The notes: generated by a model from the sequence alone, not told the origin. A stretch of 64,000 bases of DNA from Promethearchaeota archaeon (GCA_048941015.1 JBHLNZ010000008.1:16596-80595); one strand, 5' to 3'; shown: positions 8,363 to 18,759, numbered from the stretch's first letter. Program-made: numbers and translations.

Positions 8363-10516
8363 ATGGTTAATAATAATAAGTTATCTAAGCTAAAACCTCA
8401 TGGTCGGGTAGATGAAACGGTTATTGATAGGCTTGCTGAAATCTGGCCTGAACCAAGAGAACAGCTGCATTTTGGAGGATGGAAGGCTACTTACCAATTA
8501 GTTGAAAAATTAAAACTAGACAAAGCGAATAGGATTTTAGATATATGTTGTGGAGAAGGAGGGACAGCTTGTTGGCTAGCAAAAAAATATGGAAGAAGAG
8601 TCAGTGGTGTAGATATTTTAAATAATGCGATTGAAGTAGCAAGAAGTAAAGCAAAAAATTTAGGCGTTTCAGATTTAGTTGATTTTGTATGTTCTGATAT
8701 TTTCGAATTACCTTATCCAGATTCAACCTTTGATGTAATATATGGTCAAGATCCAGATGGTTTAGCCCATAAGGATAGAAAATTAATATTTAAGGAACTG
8801 GAAAGAGTATTAAAACCTCATGGTAGATTCGCTTTTCAGCTTTGGATACCTTTTCTAAGCGTACCTGATGAAAAAATAAAATACTTTGAGAGTATTACCG
8901 CTAAAGTTGGTTTTCCAGAGATGGGTCGCCTTTCTGTTAATGAATTTGTTGAAGATTTAAAAGAAGCAGGATTTACCAACATAATTATTGAAGATTTAAG
9001 TAACCTATATGAAGAGCATTTGAGAAAAATGGAAGATATATTTAAACAAAAACTTAAATCACCAGACAAATGGCATAATATGCTTTTGAAGTTAATAGAT
9101 GATGGTTATAAAATAGGTGTTAGGATTATTGCTAAAGTAAAAAAAGATCTAAAAGATCAAATATATAGAAAAGAATTACCAAAAGCCGAAGATCTTTACT
9201 TTTATGGAACGGGAATATACAGTCCTGATTATATATTTGATTTCAATACCATTGCTGAAGAAAAAAAATTTAGAAATCTAATTCTTGATTACTTAAATGA
9301 AAATTTTCCAAAATATAATTGGAATATTAAAGGAAAAGGTGTTTTAGCATCTGGAACTGTAGATAATTATTCACCTCCAAAGGTTGGATGTTTTTTAAGT
9401 GTAAATATCAATCAAGCTCTACTCTCAAAAAAATTTAATATTAGAATTAACGATAAAAAATACCTTGATTGCCACATTGATGATGCTTTTATAGATATAT
9501 ACCATTTTAATTGTGCTATTTTGCATTTTATTCTGTATATTCCCAATGAGTCTTGGCAAGATAAAGAAGTTCTCAAAAGAGTGCGTTTTTTTGTCCAAAA
9601 ACATCAACACCCCATAGAGGAATTTGGAATCGATATGGAGTCAATTTTTGCTCCTATAATAACTGAATTGAATTCAATATTTACAAAGGTAGTTAAAGAA
9701 ATAAAACCACCTGTCTTAAAAACACCATTCTTGGATTTTACTCAGTTGAGTGAAGAAGTACCAACTAAGCTATTTTGGACACACAGTACTATAGTAGCTG
9801 CGATGCTTGAGGGATTTGATCCAAATACGAATCATTTTCAAGAAATTCTTCTCAATGTTAATCCAAAAGGGATATATAATTACTCTATTTTACCAAATAT
9901 TTTTGCATATGTTGAGTCCGGGGATTCACTAATTTGTATACCTAATGTTCCAGATATACGGAATAGATCACCTAAAGTAATAATAAAGGAGGATTGGATA
10001 TCTTGGATTGCAATACAGCATTATACATGGAAAACCGTATGGGAGTTAGACAGAGGATTCTATATCCTCTTGAATGTTGTTACTTCTCATTTAAAACATA
10101 AACGGGCCGAACAATATCGTGATGTTTACGCTGTTAATGCATTAATTAATCATATTTATTTAGTTTTAGATACTCATAAACCGAGAAATGTCACTTCTAC
10201 ATATTATAGCATGGATTTTATTGAAAAAATAAGAGATGCTTGGAGAACTGATAATATTTTAGAAGCTGCTATTTCAAAAATGGAAACATTAAGAGATTTA
10301 ATTAGTCAATTAGATGAAATTGAGAACGCAAGGAGGAGTAAACGTTTAGAATTATTTCTTACTTTACTTGGAGTTTTCACATTAGGTAGCTTGGTACTAG
10401 ACTTTCTAGGGGCTATGTCTTTTAGTGATCAAGTACCATATTGGATAAGTTTATTTCTAGGGATATCAATTCCATTTGGATTTTCTTTAATTGCTTACAA
10501 GTTGTTAAAGGATTGA
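8363..10516 (+). CDS. Class I SAM methyltransferase fused to a large domain ending in two TM helices (CorA-like topology)
   Basis: LHFGG, ILDICCGEGG, GVDI, FDVI, LKPHG in first ~260 aa; long helix followed by two TMs at C-terminus. Confidence 0.75.
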   Translation: MVNNNKLSKLKPHGRVDETVIDRLAEIWPEPREQLHFGGWKATYQLVEKLKLDKANRILDICCGEGGTACWLAKKYGRRVSGVDILNNAIEVARSKAKNLGVSDLVDFVCSDIFELPYPDSTFDVIYGQDPDGLAHKDRKLIFKELERVLKPHGRFAFQLWIPFLSVPDEKIKYFESITAKVGFPEMGRLSVNEFVEDLKEAGFTNIIIEDLSNLYEEHLRKMEDIFKQKLKSPDKWHNMLLKLIDDGYKIGVRIIAKVKKDLKDQIYRKELPKAEDLYFYGTGIYSPDYIFDFNTIAEEKKFRNLILDYLNENFPKYNWNIKGKGVLASGTVDNYSPPKVGCFLSVNINQALLSKKFNIRINDKKYLDCHIDDAFIDIYHFNCAILHFILYIPNESWQDKEVLKRVRFFVQKHQHPIEEFGIDMESIFAPIITELNSIFTKVVKEIKPPVLKTPFLDFTQLSEEVPTKLFWTHSTIVAAMLEGFDPNTNHFQEILLNVNPKGIYNYSILPNIFAYVESGDSLICIPNVPDIRNRSPKVIIKEDWISWIAIQHYTWKTVWELDRGFYILLNVVTSHLKHKRAEQYRDVYAVNALINHIYLVLDTHKPRNVTSTYYSMDFIEKIRDAWRTDNILEAAISKMETLRDLISQLDEIENARRSKRLELFLTLLGVFTLGSLVLDFLGAMSFSDQVPYWISLFLGISIPFGFSLIAYKLLKD

Positions 10517-10533
10517 AGATTTTTTAATTCAAG

Positions 10534-11073
10534 TTAAGAATCAAATTTCTTAATCATTTCTTTTGTTAATTCATAGAAAATTTCATCAACTTTTATTGCT
10601 TCTTTTGCACTTGCTTCAAAAAACATGCATGAAGATAAATCTTCTTTAAGTTCAGTAAATTGTTCTTTATTTAGATTATTATCTTTGGGATTTATTAAAT
10701 CAATTTTATTTCCAACCAAAACATTGGGTAAAATCCCAGCTTTTGATTCAACTTCATCTTTCCATTTCCTTATACTTTCAAATGTATTATTCCTAGTTAG
10801 ATCAAAAACATACACTATTCCCTTCGCACCTTTATAGAAAGCATGCCGTACCCATTGAAAATGGTCCTGCCCTGCTAAATCCCATACTTGTAAAGTAATG
10901 ATATTCTTAATTTTAGGAAATTTGAGATATTTAACAAAAAAATTGGATCCAATTGTTCTTTCTGCATCAGAAATAAATCTTCTCAGTAAGTATTGATGAA
11001 GTAAAGTAGTCTTTCCTACTTCAGAATCTCCAACAATACATACTTTATAGAAATATTTTCTTGCAAGAATCAT
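10534..11073 (-). CDS. Rab-like small GTPase
   Basis: GDSEVGKT, TIGSNF, WDLAGQ, GNKID, EASAK. Confidence 0.95.
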   Translation of the reverse strand: MILARKYFYKVCIVGDSEVGKTTLLHQYLLRRFISDAERTIGSNFFVKYLKFPKIKNIITLQVWDLAGQDHFQWVRHAFYKGAKGIVYVFDLTRNNTFESIRKWKDEVESKAGILPNVLVGNKIDLINPKDNNLNKEQFTELKEDLSSCMFFEASAKEAIKVDEIFYELTKEMIKKFDS

Positions 11074-11281
11074 TTGGAACTATATCTAAATTAATTTATT
11101 AAATACATAATAGATAAGAGTAATATAAAATTTCTTTATTGAAATTATAAAAGTTCTTCTCTATAATATTATCTATTTTTTTAGAAAAAATTATAAAGCG
11201 CAGATCCTGGTAGGGGTACTTTCAATTCTTTATTTGATCCATTTTAAATTCATACATTTGATTCTATGAAGAAGAATATTA

Positions 11282-12472
11282 TTATCTCCATTCTGTACCA
11301 CATTGTCCGCATATGTATTTCTTACCATAAATTTTAGGATAAGCTAAGATAATATTATTCTTATCATCCATCTCCCGGATTTGTGATGAATTTTTATTTC
11401 CGCATCTAGGACAAATCTTTTTGCGTTCAGTGGAATCTACATCATACGTTTCTTCTGCACCGCTATATGAACTTACTTGAGTCTTTTCATCAAATTTTAT
11501 ATTTGATTCGATTTGTTCTTCTTTAAGCAAAACAAATTCCTTTGGTTTCGTTCTGGTTTTGGCTTCAAAATTTAATGGAGGAATTGAAGATTTTATTTTC
11601 TCAATAATTTTATTTTGCTCAATAGGAGATTCTATTTCATAGGTAGGTTCAATTTTAGGTTCTATTTCTTCTTCCATTTCTTTCCCTTTTAATCTCAGAT
11701 TTTCATTTTCTAATTCTTTAATTTTGCTTTTTAAATCTGAAACTGTATTTTCTAATTTTATAACTGTGAATTTCTCTCTTTTTAGTCTTTCAATAGTACT
11801 ACTTAATTCTTCAGTTTGTTGTTCTAGTTGTACATTCTTGTTTTTAAGAGTATCTACTATTTGCTCCAATTCAGATTCCTGAAGAATTTTGCTTTTCAAA
11901 TTATTAATATTTTCTAGTAGGTTTGCTCTCTCATTTTCCAAATTTTGAATTTTTAGGTTTAATTTAATGAATTCTGGTTTCGATTGTGAGCTTGAAGCTT
12001 GTTGCGATTTTAATGCATCAATATTATGTGTTAATATTTCTTTCTCAGACTCTAAATTTTTGACCTTATTCTTTAAATCGTCATTAATTTTCTCTAATCT
12101 TGAATAATCTTCCATTAATTTATTAAGAGCATTCTTAGACTTATCTGAATACTCTAATTTTTCTTTCTGATCGACTAACTTAAGATAAGCTTCTTCTAAT
12201 CTTTTTTGTAAATCTTTGATGTCTGATTCTTTATGTTGTAATTCTTGTTTTTGCGAATCAATTAAACTCTTTAAAGTATTGATTTCTTCAGAAAGATTTA
12301 CATTAACTGGAGGAATTTTTAACTCATGTTCAGGTTTCTCTTCTTTTAATTTATTATTCAATCGATTTATTTCAATTTTCAGTTGTTCAATCGTTTTTTC
12401 TAGTTGAGCACGATCTTGATCGTCTTTTTCTGCCTGTTCAATTAGATCTCTTAAATCTGGACTCATTTTCAA
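11282..12472 (-). CDS. Long coiled-coil protein with C-terminal Zn ribbon
   Basis: ~265 aa E/K/L heptads; CPRCG...CGQCG at C-terminus. Confidence 0.85.
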   Translation of the reverse strand: MKMSPDLRDLIEQAEKDDQDRAQLEKTIEQLKIEINRLNNKLKEEKPEHELKIPPVNVNLSEEINTLKSLIDSQKQELQHKESDIKDLQKRLEEAYLKLVDQKEKLEYSDKSKNALNKLMEDYSRLEKINDDLKNKVKNLESEKEILTHNIDALKSQQASSSQSKPEFIKLNLKIQNLENERANLLENINNLKSKILQESELEQIVDTLKNKNVQLEQQTEELSSTIERLKREKFTVIKLENTVSDLKSKIKELENENLRLKGKEMEEEIEPKIEPTYEIESPIEQNKIIEKIKSSIPPLNFEAKTRTKPKEFVLLKEEQIESNIKFDEKTQVSSYSGAEETYDVDSTERKKICPRCGNKNSSQIREMDDKNNIILAYPKIYGKKYICGQCGTEWR

Positions 12473-12692
12473 TTAGATAAAAAATTTAGTTTTTTTCAAA
12501 AATGTTATAAGTTAATAATATAAATCTTAAGATAATTTTAATTAAAAAAACTTACTAATATTATTCTCATTAATTATAAGAGATAGATAAATTAATAACT
12601 TTAAAAGTAAAATAAGACATAATTTAAATTCATTTAAATGAGATTATAAGGTTATCAAACCAAATTGATTATTAGGAATAAAAGGGAGATAA

Positions 12693-13007
12693 ATGGATAA
12701 TTTTTTCTCTAAACGCGTAAAGGATCTCATAAAGGGAATACCATATGGTAAAGTTGCGACTTATGGTCAGATTGCCACTAGTGCAGGAAATCCACGTGCT
12801 GCAAGACAAGTCGCATGGATATTACATTCTTCTTCTAAAAAAGATAATTTACCATGGCATCGAGTTATTAATAGTAGGGGATATATTTCATTACCTCATT
12901 TTGGAGGTTATGAACTTCAAAAAGAACTATTAGTTAGTGAGGGAATTCAATTTAGCAATAATGACTTTATTGATCTTAAAAAATATCGATGGCGAAATTT
13001 GAAGTAG
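12693..13007 (+). CDS. Alkyltransferase-like (ATL/YbaZ-type) DNA damage sensor
   Basis: IPYGKVATYGQIA, ARQV; PWHRV in place of the catalytic PCHRV of MGMT. Confidence 0.9.
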   Translation: MDNFFSKRVKDLIKGIPYGKVATYGQIATSAGNPRAARQVAWILHSSSKKDNLPWHRVINSRGYISLPHFGGYELQKELLVSEGIQFSNNDFIDLKKYRWRNLK

Positions 13008-13045
13008 TATTTTATATCTAGTTTATGGACGAAATTAAGGGTTAA

Positions 13046-13477
13046 GTGAGAATTTTGAAGGAAGAGAAATCGATAGCTGCAGTAATTTTTCACGAAAAGA
13101 AATATTTATTATTAAAATATGGATTAGGACATTGGGGTTTGGTAAAAGGTCATATAGAAGTAGGAGAATCAAATGAAGACACTATTATGAGAGAATTACA
13201 AGAAGAAACTGGGATAACTGATGCGAATATTATAGAAGGCTTCAAAGAAAAATATGATTATTATTTCGAATTTCAAGGTCAAAAAATCCATAAATATGTA
13301 GATTGTTATCTCATAAAGACAAATACAAAAGAAGTTAAATTAAGCTATGAACATGACGATTATATTTGGTTACCTTTAAAGGAAGCTATAATACGGGCTA
13401 CATTTAATAATACTAAAATTTTACTAAAAAAAGCTAATTCATATCAAAGAACTACATTAGACAGATTTATTAAGTAA
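13046..13477 (+). CDS. NUDIX hydrolase, Ap4A hydrolase-like
   Basis: KGHIEVGESNEDTIMRELQEETGI Nudix box; LSYEHDDYIW. Confidence 0.9.
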   Translation: MRILKEEKSIAAVIFHEKKYLLLKYGLGHWGLVKGHIEVGESNEDTIMRELQEETGITDANIIEGFKEKYDYYFEFQGQKIHKYVDCYLIKTNTKEVKLSYEHDDYIWLPLKEAIIRATFNNTKILLKKANSYQRTTLDRFIK

Positions 13478-13537
13478 TTAATATATAATTCATAACGAAG
13501 AATTTAAGTTAAAATAAAAAAAAAGAGAAATTAGAAG

Positions 13538-14428
13538 TTATTCTGGCATTGAGAAATCAGTAATTTCGGGTAAAACCTCGAGTTTAGGATAGATATATCC
13601 AGGTAAAGGAGGTGGGGAATTATAAACTTGCTCGATGCTAATTTCACCTAAATTAATTCCACGACACTTGTTAAACCCATTAAATGTACCCTTAACCACT
13701 TGAGCAATAAAGTCCATTGTCATTCCAAAAACTGCTACCTTTGATCCTTTAGGGATGTATTCTAAATGTTCTTTAAATAAGGCTGGAGAAAAAACCAATT
13801 TTGTTCCATCTGCTGCTAGTGCCTGAAAACAAGGAACAATTATAGGGTAATTATCTGCTGGATCTAAAAATGCAATAAACTTTGGGTTCATAGCTCCAGA
13901 AAAAATTTTTCTTCCGAATTTATCAAGTCGTTCTTCAGCTGATTTGTTTTTTGCTCCTCCCTTAGCAAATAAAGTAAATAGGATCCCTTTCAATAACTTT
14001 CCTAATGAAACTATTTGAATTGGAGAATTTTTATAGATATTACTGTAAAATGCTCTCCACACATTCATAGTTGTTGAATATCTCATATCTCTACGATTCC
14101 AAAAGTCTAAATCCTCTCCGCTCTTGAGAATATGGGAAAAATCAGCCTTAATTTGAACCATTTTAAATGGTCTCTTAATTGTCATGAACAAATATCCATG
14201 TTTTGGTCTTTCTTGAATGAACTGCTTAGATTTACCATGCAAGAATTGGCCCCATACAATTTGATCTTGTGATTTTGCTTTATTCGCAGCTATAAAAGTT
14301 AGATGAGGCCATCCATTATCATCAACGGTGGCTAATAACTTCACCATCATGGGAATTTGAGTTAATTCAAAAGCCTCTTGAGATAATTCATTTTTCCAAT
14401 TAAAAATTTCTTTTGTCAATCTTATCAC
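13538..14428 (-). CDS. Tandem pyridoxamine 5'-phosphate oxidase-like (split-barrel) protein
   Basis: KLLATVDDNGWPH and second copy KFIAFLDPADNYP; 6 bp downstream of the GRE gene. Confidence 0.65.
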   Translation of the reverse strand: MIRLTKEIFNWKNELSQEAFELTQIPMMVKLLATVDDNGWPHLTFIAANKAKSQDQIVWGQFLHGKSKQFIQERPKHGYLFMTIKRPFKMVQIKADFSHILKSGEDLDFWNRRDMRYSTTMNVWRAFYSNIYKNSPIQIVSLGKLLKGILFTLFAKGGAKNKSAEERLDKFGRKIFSGAMNPKFIAFLDPADNYPIIVPCFQALAADGTKLVFSPALFKEHLEYIPKGSKVAVFGMTMDFIAQVVKGTFNGFNKCRGINLGEISIEQVYNSPPPLPGYIYPKLEVLPEITDFSMPE

Positions 14429-14434
14429 CTCTCT

Positions 14435-16945
14435 TTAATTACTGTGCATTTCTCTAGCTATTATTTCATTCTGTAGTTCAGTTCCAATCGTTACAAAATA
14501 TGCGTTATAGCCCGTAACTCTTACAAGCAAATCTTTATAATTCTCGGGATGTTTTTGGGCATCCTTGAGCAATTCCGTGCTAATCATATTAACTTGTAGA
14601 GCAGTTCCTCCATTTTCAATGTATCCCCTCAAATATGCTTTAAATTTTTCCTTATGTTCAGGATCTTTTATGATGCTTGGATTGAATGTAATAGTGTGAC
14701 TAGCTCCGTTAGGCAAGTAATTAATATACTGTCCATCAGCATCTTTTCCCCCTAAGGCATGTCCCACTGAATTGGTGACTGCTGTAGGCCCATTTTTTGT
14801 TGCACCGGTTGTAGGACAAATTGCATTTGATAAATACATACCTTGAGAACGGCCATCTGGGGTAGCAGGAGTTCTAGATGCATCTGGCCCCGCCCAATAA
14901 TTCCAAGAAAGCATTCCTGGACGGAATTGAAATCCATTTGGTGTTTTGTACTTCCATGTTTCATTAGTCCATGTTTTCATAACTTTTCGAGCAATTTCAT
15001 CGAATTCATAATCATTATTACCATATTTTGGAGCTTTACTTTTAAATAAAGCTTGCATTTTAGGATAATCATCATTACCTTCCCAATTATCAACTAAAGC
15101 TTTTTTGATTTGTCCTATTGTATACTGTTTATCATCGTATACGTACTTTTTTATTGCTAATAAAGAATCTACCGTAGTACCGAAACCAACCCCTTCTATA
15201 GTAATAAAACTTAATTCTGGGCCCCCACTTCTAACATCAAGTGCTTTTTCTGCACATCCGTTCACTATTGTAGATACGAAAGGCGTTGGAAGGAATTTGG
15301 ACTTTAAATCTTCTTGTGGGTTATATACTTCAACAATATGTTTTATGAGGAATTTAGTTTGCTGAACCCAAGCATTCCAAAATTCTTCCCAGGTTAAAAA
15401 ATTTTTAGGATCACCTGTTTTAAGTCCTTGCTGTTTCTTTGAACGTCCTAGATCATCAATTGGAATATTTTTTCCATTCCATAACGTAAGTTCTATTGAT
15501 TTTGCAAGATTAGGATTACAATTTACAGTTCCAGAGCGGTCATTACCTTGCATAGTATTTTCAAGACATCCTACACAAGCATAATTCCACACTTTATCTG
15601 CTGGTACACCTTCTAAAACTAAACCCGCCATAGATCTCTCATCAAAATTTAACAAGAAGGGCGCTCCTTGTGAACGAGAAATCATATCTACGATAATATC
15701 AAGCAATTTGTTCGGTGTATTTCGATGAAGTCTTATATTAGGCTTTGGTTCTAAACTCGGAAACCATTCGTCAATGACTTCTAAAATTGTATAAGTTAAT
15801 TCATTTGTAAGATCTTCTCCATTTGGCCCACATCCGGATAAGGTTATGAGTTGACCAAATGAAGAGTTAATGCCATGTCTTCCCCATAAAGCCATCATAG
15901 AATCGTAAGCAGTATGACAATGGAACCAAAAACTTCCTAAAATTTCTTTTGCGAAATCCTTAGTAATATTTTTTTCCTCAATCACATCTTTTTGATACAA
16001 ATGCCATAAATGTTGGTCTATTCTTCCAAATGAAGTTCCTGCTCCAGGATAAGATTCCTCAGCCATTATCATAAGATGAGTTAACCATATTGCTTGAAGT
16101 CCTTGCCAAAATGTTTGAGCTGGTTCCCAAGGAACAATTTCCAGATTTTTAGCCATTTGCTCAAGTTCCTTAACTCTTTCTTCTGTGGAAGCAGTTGCTT
16201 TTAATTTTCTACATTTTTCAGCATACTTTTTTGCTAACTTTTTTGGAATCTGAGCTGACTGCATCATTGCTCTCAATTGATTGCCTTTTGGACCCTTTTT
16301 TTCTTTATCAGTAAGTTTTTCATAATTATTTACAATATTTTCGTAGATATACCTGAACCCTTTTTTAACGACTGTTTCAAAATCGCATATAATATGACCA
16401 GAACAAGCACCAGCGTTTCCATACCCATTGTAATGAAACTCCCTTATAGATTCTCTATTCTTAAGAGCCATTTTCCAATATTGCTTTGCTTCTTTTTCAT
16501 TTAAACACCTACTGAGCATTACACTAAATCTGCCTCCAGCTAAGAGATCATTCTCAGAAATTATTTCTTGTGGAACATAATCAAGCATTATGGTTTCAAA
16601 GAATTTTGTTCTTCTTTCTGGAAGAGATAGTTGCCAAAAATCATCGGGAAGTTTTACAGATGCCGCCATTGACTCTGCTGAATAATATGCACCCTTTCCC
16701 TTTCTTCCAACCATTTCTAACACCTCTGGACCTACATAGAATTCTGCTTCATACAGGATTACATCCCAATCAACTCCAGTTGAAAAAAACATGAACTGAT
16801 TATTCCATTTTCTCTTGAATCCTGAAAAGTAATAATCTCTAAGCCATTTTGATCGTGGTAATAGATCGTGCGCTTTTGCGATTTCAAATTTAGGTTTTCT
16901 TTCTTGAATTTCTGAAGGATTCTTAATATCACTCATATAATTCAC
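14435..16945 (-). CDS. Glycyl-radical enzyme (PFL superfamily), substrate unknown
   Basis: C-terminal LLVRVTGYNAYF glycyl loop; Cys loop YACVGCLE; SFGRIDQ; ATPDGR. Confidence 0.95.
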   Translation of the reverse strand: MNYMSDIKNPSEIQERKPKFEIAKAHDLLPRSKWLRDYYFSGFKRKWNNQFMFFSTGVDWDVILYEAEFYVGPEVLEMVGRKGKGAYYSAESMAASVKLPDDFWQLSLPERRTKFFETIMLDYVPQEIISENDLLAGGRFSVMLSRCLNEKEAKQYWKMALKNRESIREFHYNGYGNAGACSGHIICDFETVVKKGFRYIYENIVNNYEKLTDKEKKGPKGNQLRAMMQSAQIPKKLAKKYAEKCRKLKATASTEERVKELEQMAKNLEIVPWEPAQTFWQGLQAIWLTHLMIMAEESYPGAGTSFGRIDQHLWHLYQKDVIEEKNITKDFAKEILGSFWFHCHTAYDSMMALWGRHGINSSFGQLITLSGCGPNGEDLTNELTYTILEVIDEWFPSLEPKPNIRLHRNTPNKLLDIIVDMISRSQGAPFLLNFDERSMAGLVLEGVPADKVWNYACVGCLENTMQGNDRSGTVNCNPNLAKSIELTLWNGKNIPIDDLGRSKKQQGLKTGDPKNFLTWEEFWNAWVQQTKFLIKHIVEVYNPQEDLKSKFLPTPFVSTIVNGCAEKALDVRSGGPELSFITIEGVGFGTTVDSLLAIKKYVYDDKQYTIGQIKKALVDNWEGNDDYPKMQALFKSKAPKYGNNDYEFDEIARKVMKTWTNETWKYKTPNGFQFRPGMLSWNYWAGPDASRTPATPDGRSQGMYLSNAICPTTGATKNGPTAVTNSVGHALGGKDADGQYINYLPNGASHTITFNPSIIKDPEHKEKFKAYLRGYIENGGTALQVNMISTELLKDAQKHPENYKDLLVRVTGYNAYFVTIGTELQNEIIAREMHSN

Positions 16946-17002
16946 TTTTTTCTATAGTTTTTTATTTTAATTTTTATGTAATTGAATCAAGTATAGTATT
17001 TA

Positions 17003-17112
17003 AATGTTCGATCCCTTTTTAAATGGATTCAATGTTCGATAAAAAAATGTTAATAAACTAAAAATTTATACACACATTAAAATAGAGTACATCATTAAAA
17101 GAAATGAACATT
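17003..17112. promoter_or_regulatory. Repeated AATGTTCGAT boxes in the divergent GRE/ArsR promoter
   Basis: aatgttcgat at 17003-17012 and 17031-17040, aatgttaat at 17046-17054, inverted tgaacatt at 17105-17112. Confidence 0.55.
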
Positions 17113-17173
17113 CGAAAATTATAATTAGAGAATTTATTTATTAACGATTCAAGAAAAATTATAATTCTTTAAG

Positions 17174-17851
17174 ATGTCTGCTGATAAAGAACTTAAAAAA
17201 CGAATAGAAACATTAAAGTTAATGGAAAGCTTAACTCGCTTGAGAATAATATTAGCGCTTTTAATCTTTAGAAAAGTAAGCTTAACAGAATTGAGTACTT
17301 TATTAGGACGAGTTAAATCTACTTTAACACACCATATCAAAAAGTTAGAACACTTAGAAATCATAAAATCAACGAGAAAAGAAGCTAGAGGTTCGATTGA
17401 TGCTAAAGTATATGAATTAATACCAGGTTTTCTTGAAAGATTCCATATTGATCCTGATATGATTGGATTAGATTTATCTAATGAGATAATTCTGAACGAT
17501 TTACAGTTTTTTAAGGTAATTAAAGTCATTTATGAACAAGTAATACTTTATTATGAAGCAGTTTCAAAACGAAAAAAAACTAAATCTTTTAAAGATTTTC
17601 GTCAAGATCATTTCAAATCTCCGATTAGTTATAAATACTGGTTCCTTTCTGATGATGCAAGAGTAAAATATGAAAAATTAATGGAAGAATTTGATAACCG
17701 ATTAAAAAAATTAATAGCTGAAGACAATTTGAAGAATCCTGAGGCAATTAGACCATTTCTTGTGTTACAAACTTTTTTCCCACTAAAGCAAATAATAGAA
17801 TATGATTCTGAATTAAATGAATTCAGAAAGTTTTTTCAAGCACTTGAGTAA
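17174..17851 (+). CDS. ArsR-like wHTH regulator, divergent from the GRE gene
   Basis: TRLRIILALL...LTELSTLLGRVKSTLTHHIKKLE. Confidence 0.85.
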   Translation: MSADKELKKRIETLKLMESLTRLRIILALLIFRKVSLTELSTLLGRVKSTLTHHIKKLEHLEIIKSTRKEARGSIDAKVYELIPGFLERFHIDPDMIGLDLSNEIILNDLQFFKVIKVIYEQVILYYEAVSKRKKTKSFKDFRQDHFKSPISYKYWFLSDDARVKYEKLMEEFDNRLKKLIAEDNLKNPEAIRPFLVLQTFFPLKQIIEYDSELNEFRKFFQALE

Positions 17852-17914
17852 ATATTAAAAAAAAGTATATATAAGATAAGATAGAATTTAATTTCGAGGT
17901 TGTGAAAGAATTTT

Positions 17915-18646
17915 ATGGAAATTAATGCTATATTAATAACAAATGGACTCTCCAGTTTGATTATCTCAATAGTGTCAATTGTTACTGGGCTAAAAATAGC
18001 TTCTAAATATTTGCAACATAAAGAAAGAGTTCTTATTTTCGCAGGGATTACATGGCTATTGATGTATGAAGGATGGTGGGGGCCTTCGATTGCCTTTATT
18101 GTACTTATTTTAACTAACCAAAGTATAGCTATAGAATTGTTTTATATAATTTCAATAAGTTTAACTCCAATAGCTATCACTTTGTGGATGGTTGCGTTTA
18201 CAGAGTTAAAGTATAAAAGATTTCAAAATATAATTGTAGGAATTTTTTTGATTCAAGCTTTGATATTCGAAATTTTTTCATTTTATTATTTGGTTGTAGA
18301 ACCATCGATTATTGTCGAACGAGTTGGAGTAATCGATGCTCAATACAAATCGTTTGTAGTAATATTTTTTATTGAAATCGCTGTAATACTTTCTATAACA
18401 GGAATACTTTTTGCAAGAGAATCTTTAAAGATATATACTCCCGAAATTAGATTAAAAGGAATCTTTCTTCTTTTAGGATTTATTTCTTTCATAATTGGCT
18501 CTATTTTTGATGTTTTTCTTGAATTAAACATTTTTACTCTCTTATTATATCGAGGTGTATTAGTATTTAGCTCCTTTTCTTTTTACTTTGGTTTTTTTCT
18601 TCCTAAACCATTAAAAAAATTCCTACTCAAAAATAATAAAATTTGA
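17915..18646 (+). CDS. Polytopic (~7 TM) membrane protein of unknown function
   Basis: About seven hydrophobic segments with short loops. Confidence 0.75.
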   Translation: MEINAILITNGLSSLIISIVSIVTGLKIASKYLQHKERVLIFAGITWLLMYEGWWGPSIAFIVLILTNQSIAIELFYIISISLTPIAITLWMVAFTELKYKRFQNIIVGIFLIQALIFEIFSFYYLVVEPSIIVERVGVIDAQYKSFVVIFFIEIAVILSITGILFARESLKIYTPEIRLKGIFLLLGFISFIIGSIFDVFLELNIFTLLLYRGVLVFSSFSFYFGFFLPKPLKKFLLKNNKI

Positions 18647-18759
18647 AAATAGGTTTCAAATACAATTCTATAATTATATATAGAAATTGGACTCTATAAA
18701 AATTAAATTAGTTTGGAAAACACCAAAGATATAAAGAAAAATAACATATTTGATTTAAA

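Noticed and set aside
11195-11225. Short GC-rich patch gcgcagatcctggtaggggtac upstream of a GTPase gene
   Set aside because: No convincing hairpin, RNA family or start-containing ORF
12693-13007. Active O6-methylguanine methyltransferase (ogt)
   Set aside because: Acceptor Cys is replaced by Trp (PWHRV), so it is ATL-type
14435-16945. Pyruvate formate-lyase (pflB)
   Set aside because: Lacks the adjacent Cys-Cys pair; the Cys loop is CVGCLE
17915-18646. Rhodopsin or GPCR
   Set aside because: No retinal-binding Lys motif or GPCR signatures; only the TM count fits
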